A DNA stretch of 64,000 nucleotides from Eledone cirrhosa (Eukaryota). A program made the position numbers and the translations under genes. Shown here one piece after another: positions 1 to 14,491 of this stretch. The stretch lies in the NCBI GenBank assembly GCA_964016885.1, contig OZ024741.1, positions 170,128,001 through 170,192,000 on the forward strand, given 5' to 3'. The notes beneath the pieces are model-generated. The model did not search any database, was not told where the DNA came from, and worked only from the letters and a program-made list of their open reading frames with translations. Within the stretch, counting starts at the first letter, position 1. Every line of letters starts with the position of its first letter.

Positions 1-2
1 GT

Positions 3-270
3 CACAGATACACCTTCAGCTTCATACCCATCATTATTGGAGCTAAAGGTTATATACCAACCCGCTTGAACCAAAGTAAAATTGAACTTGGATTTGAGGA
101 CAAAGAACTCAGCTCCCTAATTAATAGACTTCAAATGGCTGCGATAGTTGCCGCCTTCAAAATTTGCAAAACATTCTTGCGATTCTAGGGATGATCATTT
201 CTTTTCTTTTACAACCTTGCCACCAGGAAGGTAGCCGGTCAAAAATGTACTCGATATTAAGAGAAAGATA
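3..270 (+). mobile_element. 3' end of an RLE-type non-LTR retrotransposon (ORF C-terminus 3-188 plus 3' UTR) ending at (ACAT)n
   Basis: Frame 3 reads HRYTFSFIPIIIGAKGYIP...LINRLQMAAIVAAFKICKTFLRF*. This resembles the C-terminus after the restriction-like endonuclease (cf. VIPIVIGALG...LQKACLLGT in the 22373 ORF). Confidence 0.7.
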
Positions 271-441
271 AACATACATACATGCATTGCAAGCATACAT
301 ACATACATGTATATATATATATATATAATAGATACTTATATACATACATACGTACATATATACACATATATACGTACATACACACATATATATGTATATG
401 TATGTCGATATGTATATCCAACCCTCTCTTCATATAAATTC

Positions 442-519
<78 letters not shown>

Positions 520-613
520 GTACATAGGTATGTATGTATTTATATGAAGAGAGGGTTATGTATGTATGTCGATATGTATATCTAACCCTCTCTTCATATA
601 AATACAGGCATAC

Positions 614-673
<60 letters not shown>

Positions 674-676
<3 letters not shown>

Positions 677-1094
677 GAGGTTATATTTAATTTGTTGGAA
701 TTCAACAAGTTTAAACATTTTTATAACTGATATAAAGCACTCAACAGTTTAGTGGAGTAAATATACAATATATTAATAAATGGAAACTATATTTATAAAA
801 CTATATTTTTTTTATTATATATATTTCAAGGGCGACCAAGGAAAATTATGGTGCGCTTTCATCAGATAAAATACAGATTTGTTTTATAAATAAATATTGA
901 CATACCCGGAAAAAAATCCAGCGAATTTCAACCGTTGAGGTTGTCTTTTTTCCGGGTATGTCAATATTTATTTATAAAACAAATCTGTATTTTATCTGAT
1001 GAAAGCGCACCATAATTTACCTTGGTCGCCCTTGAAATATATATAATAAAATAATTATGGTTTTATAAATATAGTTTCCATTTCTTAATATATT
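674..1094. mobile_element. PLE pLTR fold-back: inverted arms 767-915 / 946-1094 plus extra tail 674-766, in (TA)n
   Basis: Arms are near-perfect reverse complements and homologous to the termini of the GIY-YIG-bearing element at 2294-4647. Confidence 0.85.
988..1053 (+). ncRNA. Minimal type I hammerhead ribozyme (mirror copy on minus strand in left arm)
   Basis: tattttat-CTGATGA-aagcgcacca..tggtcgccctt-GAAA-tatatata-ataaaata: stem I 8 bp, stem II, minimal stem III built from TATA. Confidence 0.75.
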
Positions 1095-1114
1095 ATATAT
1101 ATATATATATATAC

Positions 1115-1407
1115 AAGTAGTTCCACAACAGTTAGTTCACTATACCGTGAACAAATGTTTCACCATATTCGGATCCTCAGCTCAGTCTAAATGAAGTTGT
1201 ATGGAATAGGAAAAACAACCGTACGAATACGAATGTGTGCAGAAACAGTCATTTCTCCCGGGGGAGGTAAACCCAAAATAGATCGCTGCTAGTATATAAA
1301 CAACCATCAGGTTATCGAACCAACAAACCAAATGAAAATTTATAATAAAGTGAAAACCAAAGTGCGTGTGTTTTTATTGGTAGCATGACGCTACCAAAGT
1401 AAAACAA
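1115..1407. mobile_element. PLE terminal remnants
   Basis: Right end (gtgcgtgtgtttttattggtagcatgacgctaccaaagtaaaacaa) matches the terminus at 45080-45126. A CTGAGGA..GAAAC core-like motif lies on the minus strand at about 1166-1181. Confidence 0.4.
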
Positions 1408-1413
1408 TATATA

Positions 1414-1449
<36 letters not shown>

Positions 1450-1673
1450 ATATTTATGTACTTATGTGTTTATTTATTTATTTATTTATTTATTCTATAC
1501 TTTCTCCTACTCACCCACTTCTAATACTTTTATCTCGCTACTTATCCCTCTCCATCATATTTAGTTTGCCACACTCTTACTTGTGGTATAAAATATTGAG
1601 TTTTGTTGTAATAAATCACTGTCAAGACTGGAATTGAACCATCAGCACAGTTGAGATATGTCATACATCAATT

Positions 1674-1745
1674 TATGTATTTTATCTGATGAGGACGTAC
1701 TGAAAAAACATCACAGAACCTCCGAAATATATATAATAAAACATA
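1674..1745 (+). ncRNA. Minimal type I hammerhead ribozyme in a PLE pLTR fragment (about 1490-1790)
   Basis: ttttat-CTGATGA-gga..tcc-GAAA-tatatata-ataaaa; same layout as 988-1053 with a different stem II. Confidence 0.7.
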
Positions 1746-1794
1746 TATTTTGATTATGTGAATGTCTCCATTTATTAATATTTTGAATAATATA

Positions 1795-1872
<78 letters not shown>

Positions 1873-1911
1873 TATATTATTCACAATATTAATAAATGGA
1901 GACATATATAT

Positions 1912-2116
1912 AACGAAGGAAGTGTTGTAAGGAACCAGGTGGACCATAACGAACTACAGTACTCAATACTTAGGGTAGTAGAGTGGGTAATAGGAAAATG
2001 TTCAAGACCCCGACGGCAGAGCTCAAACCGTTTCGACGGCTATTTCTGGACAGAAATACTGCAGAAATAGCCGTCGAAACGGCTTGAGCTCTGCCGTCGG
2101 GAGTCTTGAACATTTT

Positions 2117-2120
<4 letters not shown>
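1912..2120. mobile_element. Family B short fold-back (3' end of Naiad-like PLE)
   Basis: aacgaagg..gagtgggtaa tail followed by inverted arms; same sequence as the termini of 58788-60347. Confidence 0.85.
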
Positions 2121-2168
<48 letters not shown>

Positions 2169-2171
2169 TAC

Positions 2172-2282
<111 letters not shown>

Positions 2283-2293
2283 AATATATATAT

Positions 2294-4647
2294 GCAAAAG
2301 TTCTATTTAAATTGTTGGGATACAACAAGCAAATATTTTTATAACTGATATAAAGCACTCAACAAATATTTGGAGTAAAAATACGATATTGACAAATGGA
2401 AACTATATTTATAAAACCATATTTATTTCATTATACATATTTCAAGGACACCAAGTTAAATTATGGTGTGCTTTCATCAGATAAAATATAATATAGAGCA
2501 GTTTTATAAATAAATATTGACATACCCTTAAAGAATGCAACCATTACTGTTGGAAGCTCCCGGATAGTGGAGTTATATTTATACTTATAGTATTAGGTAA
2601 GTTAGTATTGGATATTTTTAAATAAGCCGTTGGGTTACGGAGAAAGAGAAAGAGAGAAAGCAGAATAACAGAGAGAAAAAAGAGAGAAAAAAGAGAGAGA
2701 GGGCATAACAACAGAGAGCGAAAAGAAATAGCAATAGAAAAAATAAAAAAGAGAGAGAGGAGAAAGGGAAAGGAGAGAGAGAGTGAACACTCCAAGTCAT
2801 ATCTTGTTGATTTATCTTAACATTTAAGATGAAATGAATAAATAAAATTAGAAATGTTAATAATCATGAATGGAATATACATATATGAGAAATTTAACCA
2901 TTGTTTAAATATGATTAAATGTTTAGTTACTCAGTTATAATATTGAGATCAATACTTTAAAAATTGAGATCTATATATTAAGAAATATATATATTATTAT
3001 TAAGACTATATATTATAAGAAGAATATAACACATATACACACGCAAAAATATAAATATATATACACACGTATAAAAAATAAATATATATATCTAACTACG
3101 TATATAATATATACATACAAAATATAAAGGATTTTTTAATTTAAGATATAGGAAAACTTATAAAATCAGAGAAAGTCTTTTCAATGTAATATCAAAGCAG
3201 CGTGAAGGAAAATTACGTTACTTAGTTATATAGATGTTACAATTGTTAAGATATTAAATGAATTTTTTTTTGTTATACACACTTTATGTTATTATACAAA
3301 ATTTTATATAAGTTTTATAAGATTAACCTGTTATGTAGTTATGACTGTTATTATATGTTTATTTGTCACGAACCTTGGGATAATCTCTATAAATAAGTGC
3401 AATCGAATTGTATGCGTATATATATATACATACACAATTCACACATATACATATATATATATACACATGTACCCACACGAATATGTAGATATGCATCACA
3501 TACACATATACATACAAATAGACATACACGCATAAAACATATTTATATATATATATGTATATCAGTACACACATATACATACACATACGCACACATATAG
3601 AGAGAATAATATATAAATATAGTACATAGTATAATTGAAGTACATAAAATACAAAAGAATTATATTACGATTTGGAAATATAATTATAAGCAATATATCT
3701 TTAAAACTATAATAATTTTAAAAATATTATAGAATATTTCAAGTTATAATTTTAAAATAATGATATGTTTAATAAATTTAGTATAAAAATGTTCTACGTA
3801 TATTTAACTTAATTTACTTTTATATCCATAAGAGAAAGAAAAAGAAAAAGAAACTTTCAAAAGATAAACTTTCGAAAATAGGAGAAACTATCAAAAATTA
3901 TTTTCCCCTTTTAAGAGCTTTCAGTATATTTCTCTAGAAGAATTTATTATGTTTATTTATATTTAGGAAGAAAAGTTTTTTTTACTTGAGTGTATAATCA
4001 GTAAAAAAAATGAAGGAATCTGATGATTTATCGACAGGTTCAATATATTAATAAAATTAATTAATTAATTATATATTACGTTTTAAATTTATATTTAAAC
4101 GTTGAGTTTTATCTATGTCTACAGCAACTGAATAAATTGTTCCTTAGGTTCAGGGAATTTTTGGTATTTAATATAAAAAATATTTCCTCTATACAAAGAT
4201 CACAATTTTCTGAAGAGGAGTTAAAAGGAGTAGCTTTTGAAATAATATTCCAAATCAACGAATATTTAACATTCTTTAGTTTGAGGTCCCATAATAAGCT
4301 AGATAAAGAAGTTGGAGATTTTTTGTTTGGGTCCGTAAAATAATTTTTATGATTATTGAAGCGGGATTTAAAATCTGTGGAAGTGGATCCCACATAATTA
4401 AATGAATTTAAATTAGTTTTTACATTACAATTATATACTATATTTTTAGCTAAGCAATTCTTATTTAACGGACAGTTAGATTTAATTCTACAGTTTTTTA
4501 AGCGTATATCAATATTTATTTATAAAACTGTTCTATATTATATTTTATCTGATGAAAGCACACCATAATTTAACTTGGTGTCCTTGAAATATGTATAATG
4601 AAATAAATATGGTTTTATAAATATAGTTTCCATTTGTCAATATCGTA
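2294..4647 (-). mobile_element. 5'-truncated Naiad-like PLE with long 3' UTR, 3' pLTR (2294-2532) and inverted pLTR (4496-4647)
   Basis: GIY-YIG fragment at 4109-4495; terminal arms are reverse complements carrying an HHR core (CTGATGA..GAAA); (TA)n on both sides. Confidence 0.85.
4109..4495 (-). pseudogene. GIY-YIG endonuclease C-terminus of a Naiad-like PLE
   Basis: NCRIKSNCPLNKNCLAKNIVYNC..NYVGSTSTDFKSRFNNH..TSLS..CDLCIEE..SCCRHR aligns with the C-terminus of the 46622 ORF. Confidence 0.85.
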
Positions 4648-4671
4648 TATATATATATATATATTTATATG

Positions 4672-4737
<66 letters not shown>

Positions 4738-4798
4738 CATATAAATATAAATATATATATATATACTTATAAATATATATATATATTCACATATATAT

Positions 4799-6191
4799 AT
4801 ATAGACGAGAGGGCCCAAATTCTGCACTCACACCACTACGCTAAACCCATGGTCTCCAAATACCTGAAACTCAAAAACTCAGCAATGTCCAGTAGTGCTA
4901 TGTTTAATATTCTGATCCCGGACCTGGTACGAGTGATGAAGAACGTGTCCCGCATGTGCGACCCAACAGAAATGGAAGGACACATCCAACACTTTATCAA
5001 CCGCATGCAGTTCTCCGGCTACAACCAAAGAGACAGAATCAGAGTATACAAAGGAGCCAGAGAGAAGTATATACCCTCATAGAACTGGACATGACATGAA
5101 TTTGCCCATTATACAGGAGAAAATCATGGACTAAACATACGACAACCAGATAGGACTAAACATACGACAACCAGAGATACCAGAGTGTCATGTTCGTGGA
5201 CGCTACCCCTAGTGTAGAAAGACCCTGAGAAAGACCCACTTAAAGATTAAAGTGGTAGAAAAGCCAGGAACTACAATACAATCCCTGATCATCAAAACAT
5301 ACCCTTTTAAGAAAACCCACTGTACTAATAGGAAATGTATTATATGTAAAGTAATCCCCCGGATAAACTGTAAAATTAGAAACGTAGTCTATAGCATAAG
5401 ATGTACAGAGGGTACTTGCAGAAACATGACAACAACATACATAGGCGAGACAGCTTGTAGCATAGGTGAAAGATAGACCAACACTGGGGGGCGGGGGACT
5501 AAAAGGACGAAAAAACGGTTATGTACTATACGAACACGCCAGACCATAACATGACGATAACATAGACAACATAGAAATTAGAATAATATCTAAACATAGA
5601 AATGAGCCAGCAGGTAGGCAAATAAGAGAGGCAAGCGAAATAGATCTTAGAAGGCCAAAGCTAAACAGAAAAAATGAATGGAATAACAAAAACACCCAAA
5701 CAAACAATACTGACTTGAGAGAAATATAAATAAATAAATAAATAAATATATACACAAGCACAATAACAACAAACACATATAAACACACACTAGTAAACTA
5801 AGATAGAATACAATATCCAAAACACAGTCACCTAAACGGGAACACACACCAAACACTATACACACACGCAATCACATGCGCAGAGAAGAAGACAAAATAA
5901 GTAAATAAATAAATAAGCAGATAACATAAAGATGGGGTAGATATACAATACAACAGGAGGAACATCTGACGATGCTGCAGATGTCCAACGAAAGAACTTT
6001 GTTAGACTATATATATGTGTTTGTGTCTATATTATATCTGTATTTTTGACCGTTGGTCAGTCAATGGTAAACATTGAGGACCGAATGAATTAACTGATAT
6101 AAAAGATACAGAAGCGAAAACCAACCAAACAGTGAGTGTGTTCTGTTATTAATTCTGGCAATATTATTTCAACAATATGACCCTCCCCAAG

Positions 6192-6196
<5 letters not shown>
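4799..6196 (+). mobile_element. Family A PLE, 5'-truncated degenerate copy
   Basis: Colinear with 12883-14366 ([11 protein letters not shown].., VVYSIRC..YIGET) with indels; ends ccctccccaagtataa. Confidence 0.9.
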
Positions 6197-6256
<60 letters not shown>

Positions 6257-6258
<2 letters not shown>

Positions 6259-6446
6259 CGAAGGAAATGTGGTAAGGAACCAGGTGGACCATAACGCACC
6301 AAAGTACTCAATACTTAGGATAGTAGAGTGGGTAATAGGAACAAGTAAGACCCCGACGGCTGAGCTCAAGCCGTTTCGACGGCTAATTCACAGAATTAGC
6401 CGTCGAAACGGCTTGAGCTCAGCCGTCGGAGTCTTACTTGTTCCTA
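6257..6446. mobile_element. Family B short fold-back
   Basis: Same tail plus inverted arms as 1912-2120. Confidence 0.85.
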
Positions 6447-6864
6447 TATATATATGTCTTAACGACATCACCACTTTCTCCGCTTGGCCTGTTTTTCCCC
6501 CCTTTTGGAACTTTTCCCCCGTTGATGGGCGTGAGCCCGAAATATTGGGATTAAATCTCTACTACGGTAACCCTTCTACCTTTGTTTTGTTTTCATCTTT
6601 GTCTCTCTCAACTTTCACTTTCACCTGTTTTTCCTATCTATATTTCACTTCCTACCTCGAGATTTCCCTTTGCATTGTTGTGGCTTTCTTAAATACGTAT
6701 TTTTACACATTTCACAATGCTTCAAGCAAACTTTAACACCCTCATATATATATATATATATATTAAGGTTTGAGGATCACCACTTGATCGAGCTGGTCTA
6801 TCCGATATCAATTATCGGATATCCCCATGGATTTTATCTATTACATTCACGTATTTTATTTCGA

Positions 6865-6922
6865 ATACCTGATGATATCACCGGATTCATACGGAATCCG
6901 GTCATTGAAATCATCATAGTAT
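6865..6922 (+). ncRNA. Type I hammerhead ribozyme in PLE terminal fragment 6764-6970
   Basis: atac-CTGATGA-..accggattc atacg gaatccggt..-GAAA-tcatca-TA-gtat; relatives at 43473-43852. Confidence 0.75.
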
Positions 6923-6970
6923 AATAAACCTTTCAAGGATTTACACAAATCCAGCCTCCTGTCATTTCAT

Positions 6971-7027
<57 letters not shown>

Positions 7028-7419
7028 TTAATATAGATGAGATTCTACAGGACTAGAACTGTTTCATTCATTAGAAATCATCAGGAATCTGGGTATCAAA
7101 AAATAAATATGGTATTTATAGGTCTCTACAAGTGGTAGGAGAGGGTGGGGAGTGGGATGGGTGCAGGTCATTGGTTGATAGAAAAGGGAATTCATTAAAA
7201 GCTTTGCAACATTCAAACACTTTAAGCCAGTGTTAAAGCCCGATGGCTAAAAACGACCTCCCCCTATTGGCCCCTATACCTCCTCCCCACCCTACCCCCA
7301 CCCCTCCTCAACCTGAAATACGGCCACTATGGTTATGTGAGTACCTCTTTCGTATCTACATTTTCTGCCTGTAGAGGTGTCTTTATGTGCCTGCGTATAT
7401 GCGTATATTTATTGAGTAC

Positions 7420-9300
<1,881 letters not shown>

Positions 9301-9678
9301 AATGTGTCTGTTGATCTTTGGCATATAGTTGATTAGTTTAAGAGAAGTTCGAAGATAATAGTAAGATATGCACTCAGTATTTTGAATCTGTCTGCAGAAT
9401 TCTCTAGACCTTTGTCACTTAGTAGAACCTTAATGACTTTCTTTTAAAGAATCTCCCTTTTCTTTAATTCTATCGACCATGACTGACCCCCCACTGATTT
9501 TATAGACATCTGTTAGCTTAAGAGAAACTTATTGACAAGGAATGGTATGCCATCCGGAACCTGTTTATAGAATTCTGTCTGCCTTTGTTACTCTAAAAAC
9601 ATAAATAAATATAAATAAAAATAAAAATAAACTATAGCTTTGTAGAATTAGCTTTTAATGAATTCCCTTTTCTATCAA

Positions 9679-9740
9679 CCAATGACCTGCACCCATCCCA
9701 CTCCCCACCCTCTCCTACCACTTGTAGAGACCTATAAATA
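9679..9740 (+). promoter_or_regulatory. Putative pLTR Pol II promoter (CCAAT 9679, TATAAATA 9733)
   Basis: Motifs lie directly upstream of the HHR; function is inferred only. Confidence 0.4.
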
Positions 9741-9762
9741 CCATATTTATTTTTTGATACCC

Positions 9763-9813
9763 AGATTCCTGATGATTTCTAATGAATGAAACAGTTCTAG
9801 TCCTGTAGAATCT
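9763..9813 (+). ncRNA. Type I hammerhead ribozyme (mirror at about 7040-7090, minus)
   Basis: agattc-CTGATGA-tttc taat gaat-GAA-ACAG ttctagtc CTGT-A-gaatct: stems I and III pair, GUA triplet; stem II is weak. Confidence 0.8.
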
Positions 9814-9895
9814 CATCTATATTAAAACTGTTATACTCTGCTATGTATTGAGTACCTTACTTACTGTGGTTACCTCCGATTCAACCCGGAATAAC

Positions 9896-9969
<74 letters not shown>

Positions 9970-9995
9970 GTATTTATATATATATATTATACATG

Positions 9996-10061
<66 letters not shown>

Positions 10062-10068
10062 CCATATG

Positions 10069-10101
<33 letters not shown>

Positions 10102-10451
10102 TGTTATACTTGGGGAGGGTCATATTTGTGTAATATTGCCAGAATTAATAACAGAACACACTCACTGTTTGGTTGGTTTTCGCTTCTCGCTGTCTTTTAT
10201 ATCTGCGATCTAACTTAATCGGTCCTCAATGTTGCCATTGACTGACCGACGGTCAGAAATAATACAGATACAATATAGACACAAACACATATATATAGTT
10301 TACATAATTTACATAAATCTTTCGTTGCACATCTGCAACATCGTCAGTGGTGTTATATTTTTTTCCTCCTGTTGTGTTGTATGTCTACGCCATTTTTTAT
10401 TCAATCTGTCTATATATTTATTTATTTATTTGCTTGTTTGTTTATTTTATT

Positions 10452-13400
10452 ATTGAACAAAACACAAGCCGAACGACTAAAACACACAATAACAGTTAAT
10501 ATGAAAAGAACAACATACACAAAAGTCAACGCACTCTACAAACAGAAACGCATTAACGGTAAGGAAATCCGAAATCTCATCACACCAAACGAGAGAGATA
10601 ACTTCATGACCGCCATCAGACGTGAAACGAAATACGCTCAAAACGAATGCAATAGGCATTTCAAGAAGAAATTAGAATGGATGAATAAGAAAAAACTACA
10701 AGAAAGGAAAACCGAATATTCTCAAAAATACCCAGATAACATCAACAATATCCGTATGACTGATGTAAAACTACCGGAAGAATTTACCAATGACCACACA
10801 GTAAATATCTATGGGAACACTTTAATCAGCGAACAAGAACAACAAATCCTACGGTTACCACCAAAATTTGCCATCTACAAAAAGATTAACCCTATGGAGT
10901 GCAAAAGGGAGCTGGAAAAGTGTTTCACAAAAATATGTTGGAATGCAAAGGTAAACAACAACAATAATAATAACGGTAGTAGTAATATAAACAATAACTC
11001 TGGGTATAGAAATAACAGCCATAACCATAACAATGGCAGGAAAGTGAGAAATAGTGATAATGGTAATAATACTAGAGATAGACAGAACAACAACAACCAC
11101 AATAATAATAATAATAGAAACATTAACCACAGACACAGCAACAGCGACCACAGTAGTAATAACGGTAACAATACGAACAACAACAACAATAACCACAGTG
11201 GTAATAATGGAAATAGTACATGTAGCAACATCAACAAAAACAAGAAACATAATAATAGCAACAACCACAATGGTAGAAATAACAGTAACAACAACAACAA
11301 TAACGGTGAAGTAAACAACAATACATCTAGCAATCATAACAATAATAATAATGCTAATGATAGAAACAACAACAACCACCATGATAACAATAATAGCAAC
11401 ACACACAACTATGACGATAGATATAATGACAACCCCTTAGAGAAACTATTTTTCAACCCAGCTGACAAAACATATAAGATGGGTAATATCTATCCTACGA
11501 GGTTACCCTTTAATAAAAGAGTTTGCATACCACAGCAAATAGATGACGAGACGGAGGCACAGTTCACCATAGCTAGAAATAAGATTAGACAAGTAGTAGA
11601 CAGGTATACTATGAGACAGAGCAGACCAGAGGCCCAACAACTTGGGAGAAAACCTGTAGAAAGCTTGGTTAGCCTCAAGCAGCGCACAAGGGATGGTGAG
11701 GTAGTGTGTCTACCCACAGATAAGTATGGTAGGATGTCAATAGATAGCATGCCGAACTACATCGAGGCTATGCAACCCCACATCACCAACACGAGCGAAG
11801 TTGCACAACAAACACACGATGGGAGAGAAAAAATCCTCAACGCTCACATGATGATGGGGACTGACATCCTAAAGCCAAGCAGACGCACTGCCAACAACTT
11901 CCAGGCGTCTAACAATGGCATACTACCCTTGTATGGGCTCCGCAATGACCACAAGACAGTCGACGACCCGACAACAGGACCACCAACAAGACCCGTATGC
12001 AGAGCTAATATAGCTAGCAACTACAGGATCTCCTACTTCCTCTCAATGGTTATACGCCCCATAATCAAGATGTCCCCAGATGTATGTGAAAGTACAGAGG
12101 ACCTCCTCAGCAGAATCAGTGAGTGCAACAAAAACAGGAGCCTATCCAACTGCATAATAGGCAGCATGGATGTGGTGTCACTGTACCCATCCATTAACAT
12201 TGATTTTGCTGTGAAAAGATGTGTGGAGATGATCATTGAGAGTGAGGTGGAGTTCTGCGACGTCGACACAGACGAACTGGGCCTCCTACTTAGACTTACC
12301 TACGACACTGACTACCTAGACAGCCATGACCTTAGATGTTTCTGCCCTAGTAGACCTATAAGAGGTAGACCCCCCCACCATAACCTCAATGGCAAAAAAG
12401 ACTCCCATAGGAAGGTGGATTGGGTGGACCAAAGCTATACGGACCCCCCAAAACACTGATCAGGTAAGAAAAATGGTCGCACATGCGATAGGGGCTAGTA
12501 TCAAAACTACCCTAAAGGGCCACATATTTAAGTTTAATGAGAAAATCTACACCCAAAATGAGGGAGCAGCCATCGGCGTCAGCATAGCTGGTGATGTTGC
12601 CAGCCTTTTCATGGTATGGTGGGAAAGGAGACTTAAAGATCTCCTTAATGAAAGCTCCATAGACCTCATCATGTACTCTCGTTATGTAGACGATATCAAT
12701 ATAGTTATAAGAACACCCCCACTAGAGAGCACTAACAAGTTTGATTTAGAAAGTAGCACGATGGAAAGCATCCAGCAGATAGCTAATTCCATACACCAGA
12801 GTATAACTGTAACTATCGACTTCCCTTCCAAACACCCTAACAATAGACTACCTGTATTAGACACAGAACTCTGGATTAACACTATAGACGAGAGAGCCCA
12901 AATTCTCCACTCACACTATGCTAAACCCATGGCCTCCAAATACCTGATACTCAAAAACTCAGCAATGTCCAGTAGTGCTAAGTTTAATATTCTGATCGCA
13001 GATTTGGTACGAGTGATGAAGAATGTGTCCAGCATGTGCGACCCAACAGAAATGGAAAGACACATCCAACACTTCATCAACCGCATGCAGTTCTCTGGCT
13101 ACAACCAAAGAGACAGAGTCAGAGTATACGAAGGAGCCATGGAAAAGTATAAGACCCTCATAGAACTGGACATGAAAGGAATTTGCCCACTATACAGGAG
13201 CAAATCATGGAATAGCTTAGATAGGGCTAGACATAAGATAGGGAAGGCCACATCTTGGTACGACAACCAGAGATATCAGAGTGTCATGTTTGTGGACGCC
13301 ACCCCTGGAGGGAAATTAGCTAACCAGTGTAGAAAGGCCCTGAGAAAGACCCACTTAAAAATAAAGGTGGTAGAAAAGCCAGGAACCACCATAAAATCCC

Positions 13401-13845
13401 TGATCAGCAAAACCTACCCTTTTAAGAAAACCCACTGTACCAATATGAAATGTATCATATGTAAGGTGAACCCCCGGATAAACTGTAAAACTAGAAACGT
13501 AGTCTATAGCATAAGATGTACAGAGGGTACTTGCAGAAACATGACAACAACATACATAGGTGAGACAGCTCGTAGCATAGGTGAAAGGATAGACCAACAC
13601 TGGGGGGGGGGGGACTAAAAGGACGAAAAAACGGGTCAGTACTATACGAACATGCTAGAAAACAACATGACGGTAACATAGACAACATAGAAATTAGAAT
13701 AATATCTAAACATAGGAATGACCCAGCAGATAGGCAAATCAGAGAGGCCAGTGAAATAGAAATTAGAAGACCAAAGCTAAACAGAAAGAATGAGTGGAAC
13801 AACAACAACACCCAAACAAACAACACTGACCTAAGAGAAGTATAA
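10452..13845 (+). pseudogene. PLE RT/GIY-YIG polyprotein, 5'-truncated, frameshifted at C7 (12370-12376) and G12 (13602-13613)
   Basis: PTDK.G, RPVC, SMDVVSLYPSI, YTQNEGAAIG, RYVDD (12680-12694), CxxC linker, VVYSIRC..YIGETARSIGERIDQH; Asn-rich insert at about 10950-11430. Confidence 0.92.
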
Positions 13846-14115
13846 ATAAGTAAATAAAATAAAATAAAATAAGATAAATAAATACATACACAAGCACAAT
13901 AACAACAAGCACATAAACACACACTAGTCACCCAACAGACAAAACACTATACACACTAGTCACACAGCACACATAACACTATACACACACGCAAACGCAT
14001 GCGCAAAGAAGACAAAATAAAATAAACAAACAAGCAAATAAATAAATAAATATATAGACAGACTGAATAAAAAATGGCGTAGACATACAACACAACAGGA
14101 GGAAAAAAATATAAC

Positions 14116-14157
14116 ACCACTGACGATGTTGCAGATGTGCAACGAAAGATTTATGTA
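14116..14157 (+). ncRNA. Minimal hammerhead motif of family A pLTR (stem I degenerate)
   Basis: CTGACGA-t-gttgca gatg tgcaac-GAAA-gatt-TA; repeated at about 5966, 10313-10350 (-), 51883 and 54221. Confidence 0.6.
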
Positions 14158-14407
14158 AATTATGTAAACTATATATATGTGTTTGTGTCTATATTGTATC
14201 TGTATTATTTCTGACCGTCGGTCAGTCAATGGCAACATTGAGGACCGATTAAGTTAGATCGCAGATATAAAAGACAGCGAGAAGCGAAAACCAACCAAAC
14301 AGTGAGTGTGTTCTGTTATTAATTCTGGCAATATTACACAAATATGACCCTCCCCAAGTATAACAATATTTGTTTCGACACACGATTTCATATAAAAAAC
14401 CTCGCTA

Positions 14408-14445
<38 letters not shown>

Positions 14446-14450
14446 TAATA

Positions 14451-14491
<41 letters not shown>

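Larger units (their letters stand above)
10101..14410 (+). mobile_element. Family A Penelope-like element, near full length, inverted 351-bp pLTRs (10101-10451 / 14016-14366) plus tail
   Basis: RT + GIY-YIG reading frames; arms are essentially identical reverse complements; (TA)n flanks. Confidence 0.93.

Noticed and set aside
1912-2120. Interpreting the many palindromic elements in TA as Tc1/mariner MITEs
   Set aside because: Arms are asymmetric, junctions differ per copy, and the sequence equals the 3' terminus of a GIY-YIG PLE (58788-60347).
10855-11406. Hydrophobic antisense ORFs (poly-I/V/L)
   Set aside because: Reverse complement of the Asn-codon tract in the PLE ORF.
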